Part shown: positions 63,564-64,000 of the stretch, in pieces
How the letters are laid out: every line of letters begins with the position of its first letter
Position numbering within the stretch: position 1 is the stretch's first letter
DNA from: Calcarisporiella thermophila CBS 279.70
Lineage: Eukaryota > Fungi > Calcarisporiellomycota
Length of the DNA: 64,000 bases
Assembly: GCF_041956535.1 (NCBI RefSeq)
Contig: NW_027192214.1
Coordinates: forward strand, 402,974-466,973
Reading direction: 5' to 3'
Program-made: the position numbers and the translations under genes
The notes under the pieces: generated by a model
The model's database searches: none
Told to the model about the DNA's origin: nothing
What the model saw: the letters and a program-made list of their open reading frames with translations, nothing else

Positions 63564-63695
63564 ATAGGATAGAGGGGTCTGCAACGGCGTTTGAAGGCAG
63601 GAGGAAACCTCAAAGAGGGAAAGGTTTTGCTCGCTAGCAGTATAAACCTATTTCCTTTGAGGTAATCAACCATTACTCCCGAACCTCTATCCTAT
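63564..63695. repeat. 132-bp element with nested inverted repeats (MITE-like or structured RNA)
   Basis: ATAGGATAGAGG (63564-75) / CCTCTATCCTAT (63684-95); inner ACCTCAAAG (63607-15) / CTTTGAGGT (63655-63); AGGTTT/AAACCT. Confidence 0.6.
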
Positions 63696-64000
63696 ACCAG
63701 GAATTTTTCCCAAAAATACAATCTCCTGTGTATGAAATTATATACTGTACATAAAGCTTCGAAGAAATGGTAGTCAAGGAATCCACAGGAGACCGCCAAG
63801 AGAGTGGGATGGAATTCCCGGATTAAACCAAACTCTCTCGGATACAAGAACGAAAACATAATTCCTTGACTCCATTTCTTCTTTTGACCCCTCTCCCTCC
63901 CCCCTCCCCCTATCCCTCTTCCAGTCCCCATCCAAGTAAACTGTATAATCAGAGCGCCAACTTCATAATCCGTTTACACAATCCCTGGATATCTAGCTTT

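Noticed and set aside
63590-63670. Hammerhead ribozyme (GAAAC...GTA stem III look-alike)
   Set aside because: No CUGANGA core and no stem I partner; an HDV-like fold also fails at P3/P1.
1-64000. CRISPR arrays, rRNA, prokaryotic operons, AT-AC introns
   Set aside because: None seen; the sequence is spliceosomal-intron-containing eukaryotic DNA and the introns I checked are GT-AG (not all were checked).

Overview
Intron-rich fungal genomic DNA, probably from an early-diverging fungus (lineage inferred, not established), with one assembly gap at 21023-21780. Conserved genes in order: Rkm5/METTL21-like methyltransferase, MED10, a GRAM-TBC-EF-hand RabGAP, a probable KASH-domain coiled-coil protein, metacaspase, VAC8, an isopentenyl-phosphate-kinase-like gene beside a DIPP-type Nudix hydrolase, two identical convergent initiator tRNA-Met genes, three tandem YSL-type OPT transporters, a LisH/CTLH/UBA-like protein, Rap1/Rsr1, ceramide synthase, dynein intermediate chain, a Kre9/KNH-like GPI protein, UGGT and COG4. 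Decayed Ty3/gypsy remnants follow at the right end. The main finding is at 20.5-25.9 kb. Just upstream of a tRNA-iMet gene sits a same-orientation stack of at least five 5'-truncated L1/Tx1-like non-LTR retrotransposon 3' ends from three divergent families. They are separated by repeated copies of the same target-site duplication (T7AATAA at site 1, T6GAATATT at a duplicated site 2) and decay increases with distance from the tRNA. A TSD-flanked, poly(A)-tailed, intronless secreted-protein ORF (candidate retrogene) sits in the same stack. This resembles a tRNA-gene- or sequence-targeted LINE system analogous to Dictyostelium TRE5, here in a fungus. Gene models were assembled by eye from exon fragments and family assignments are by motif recall, not database search.
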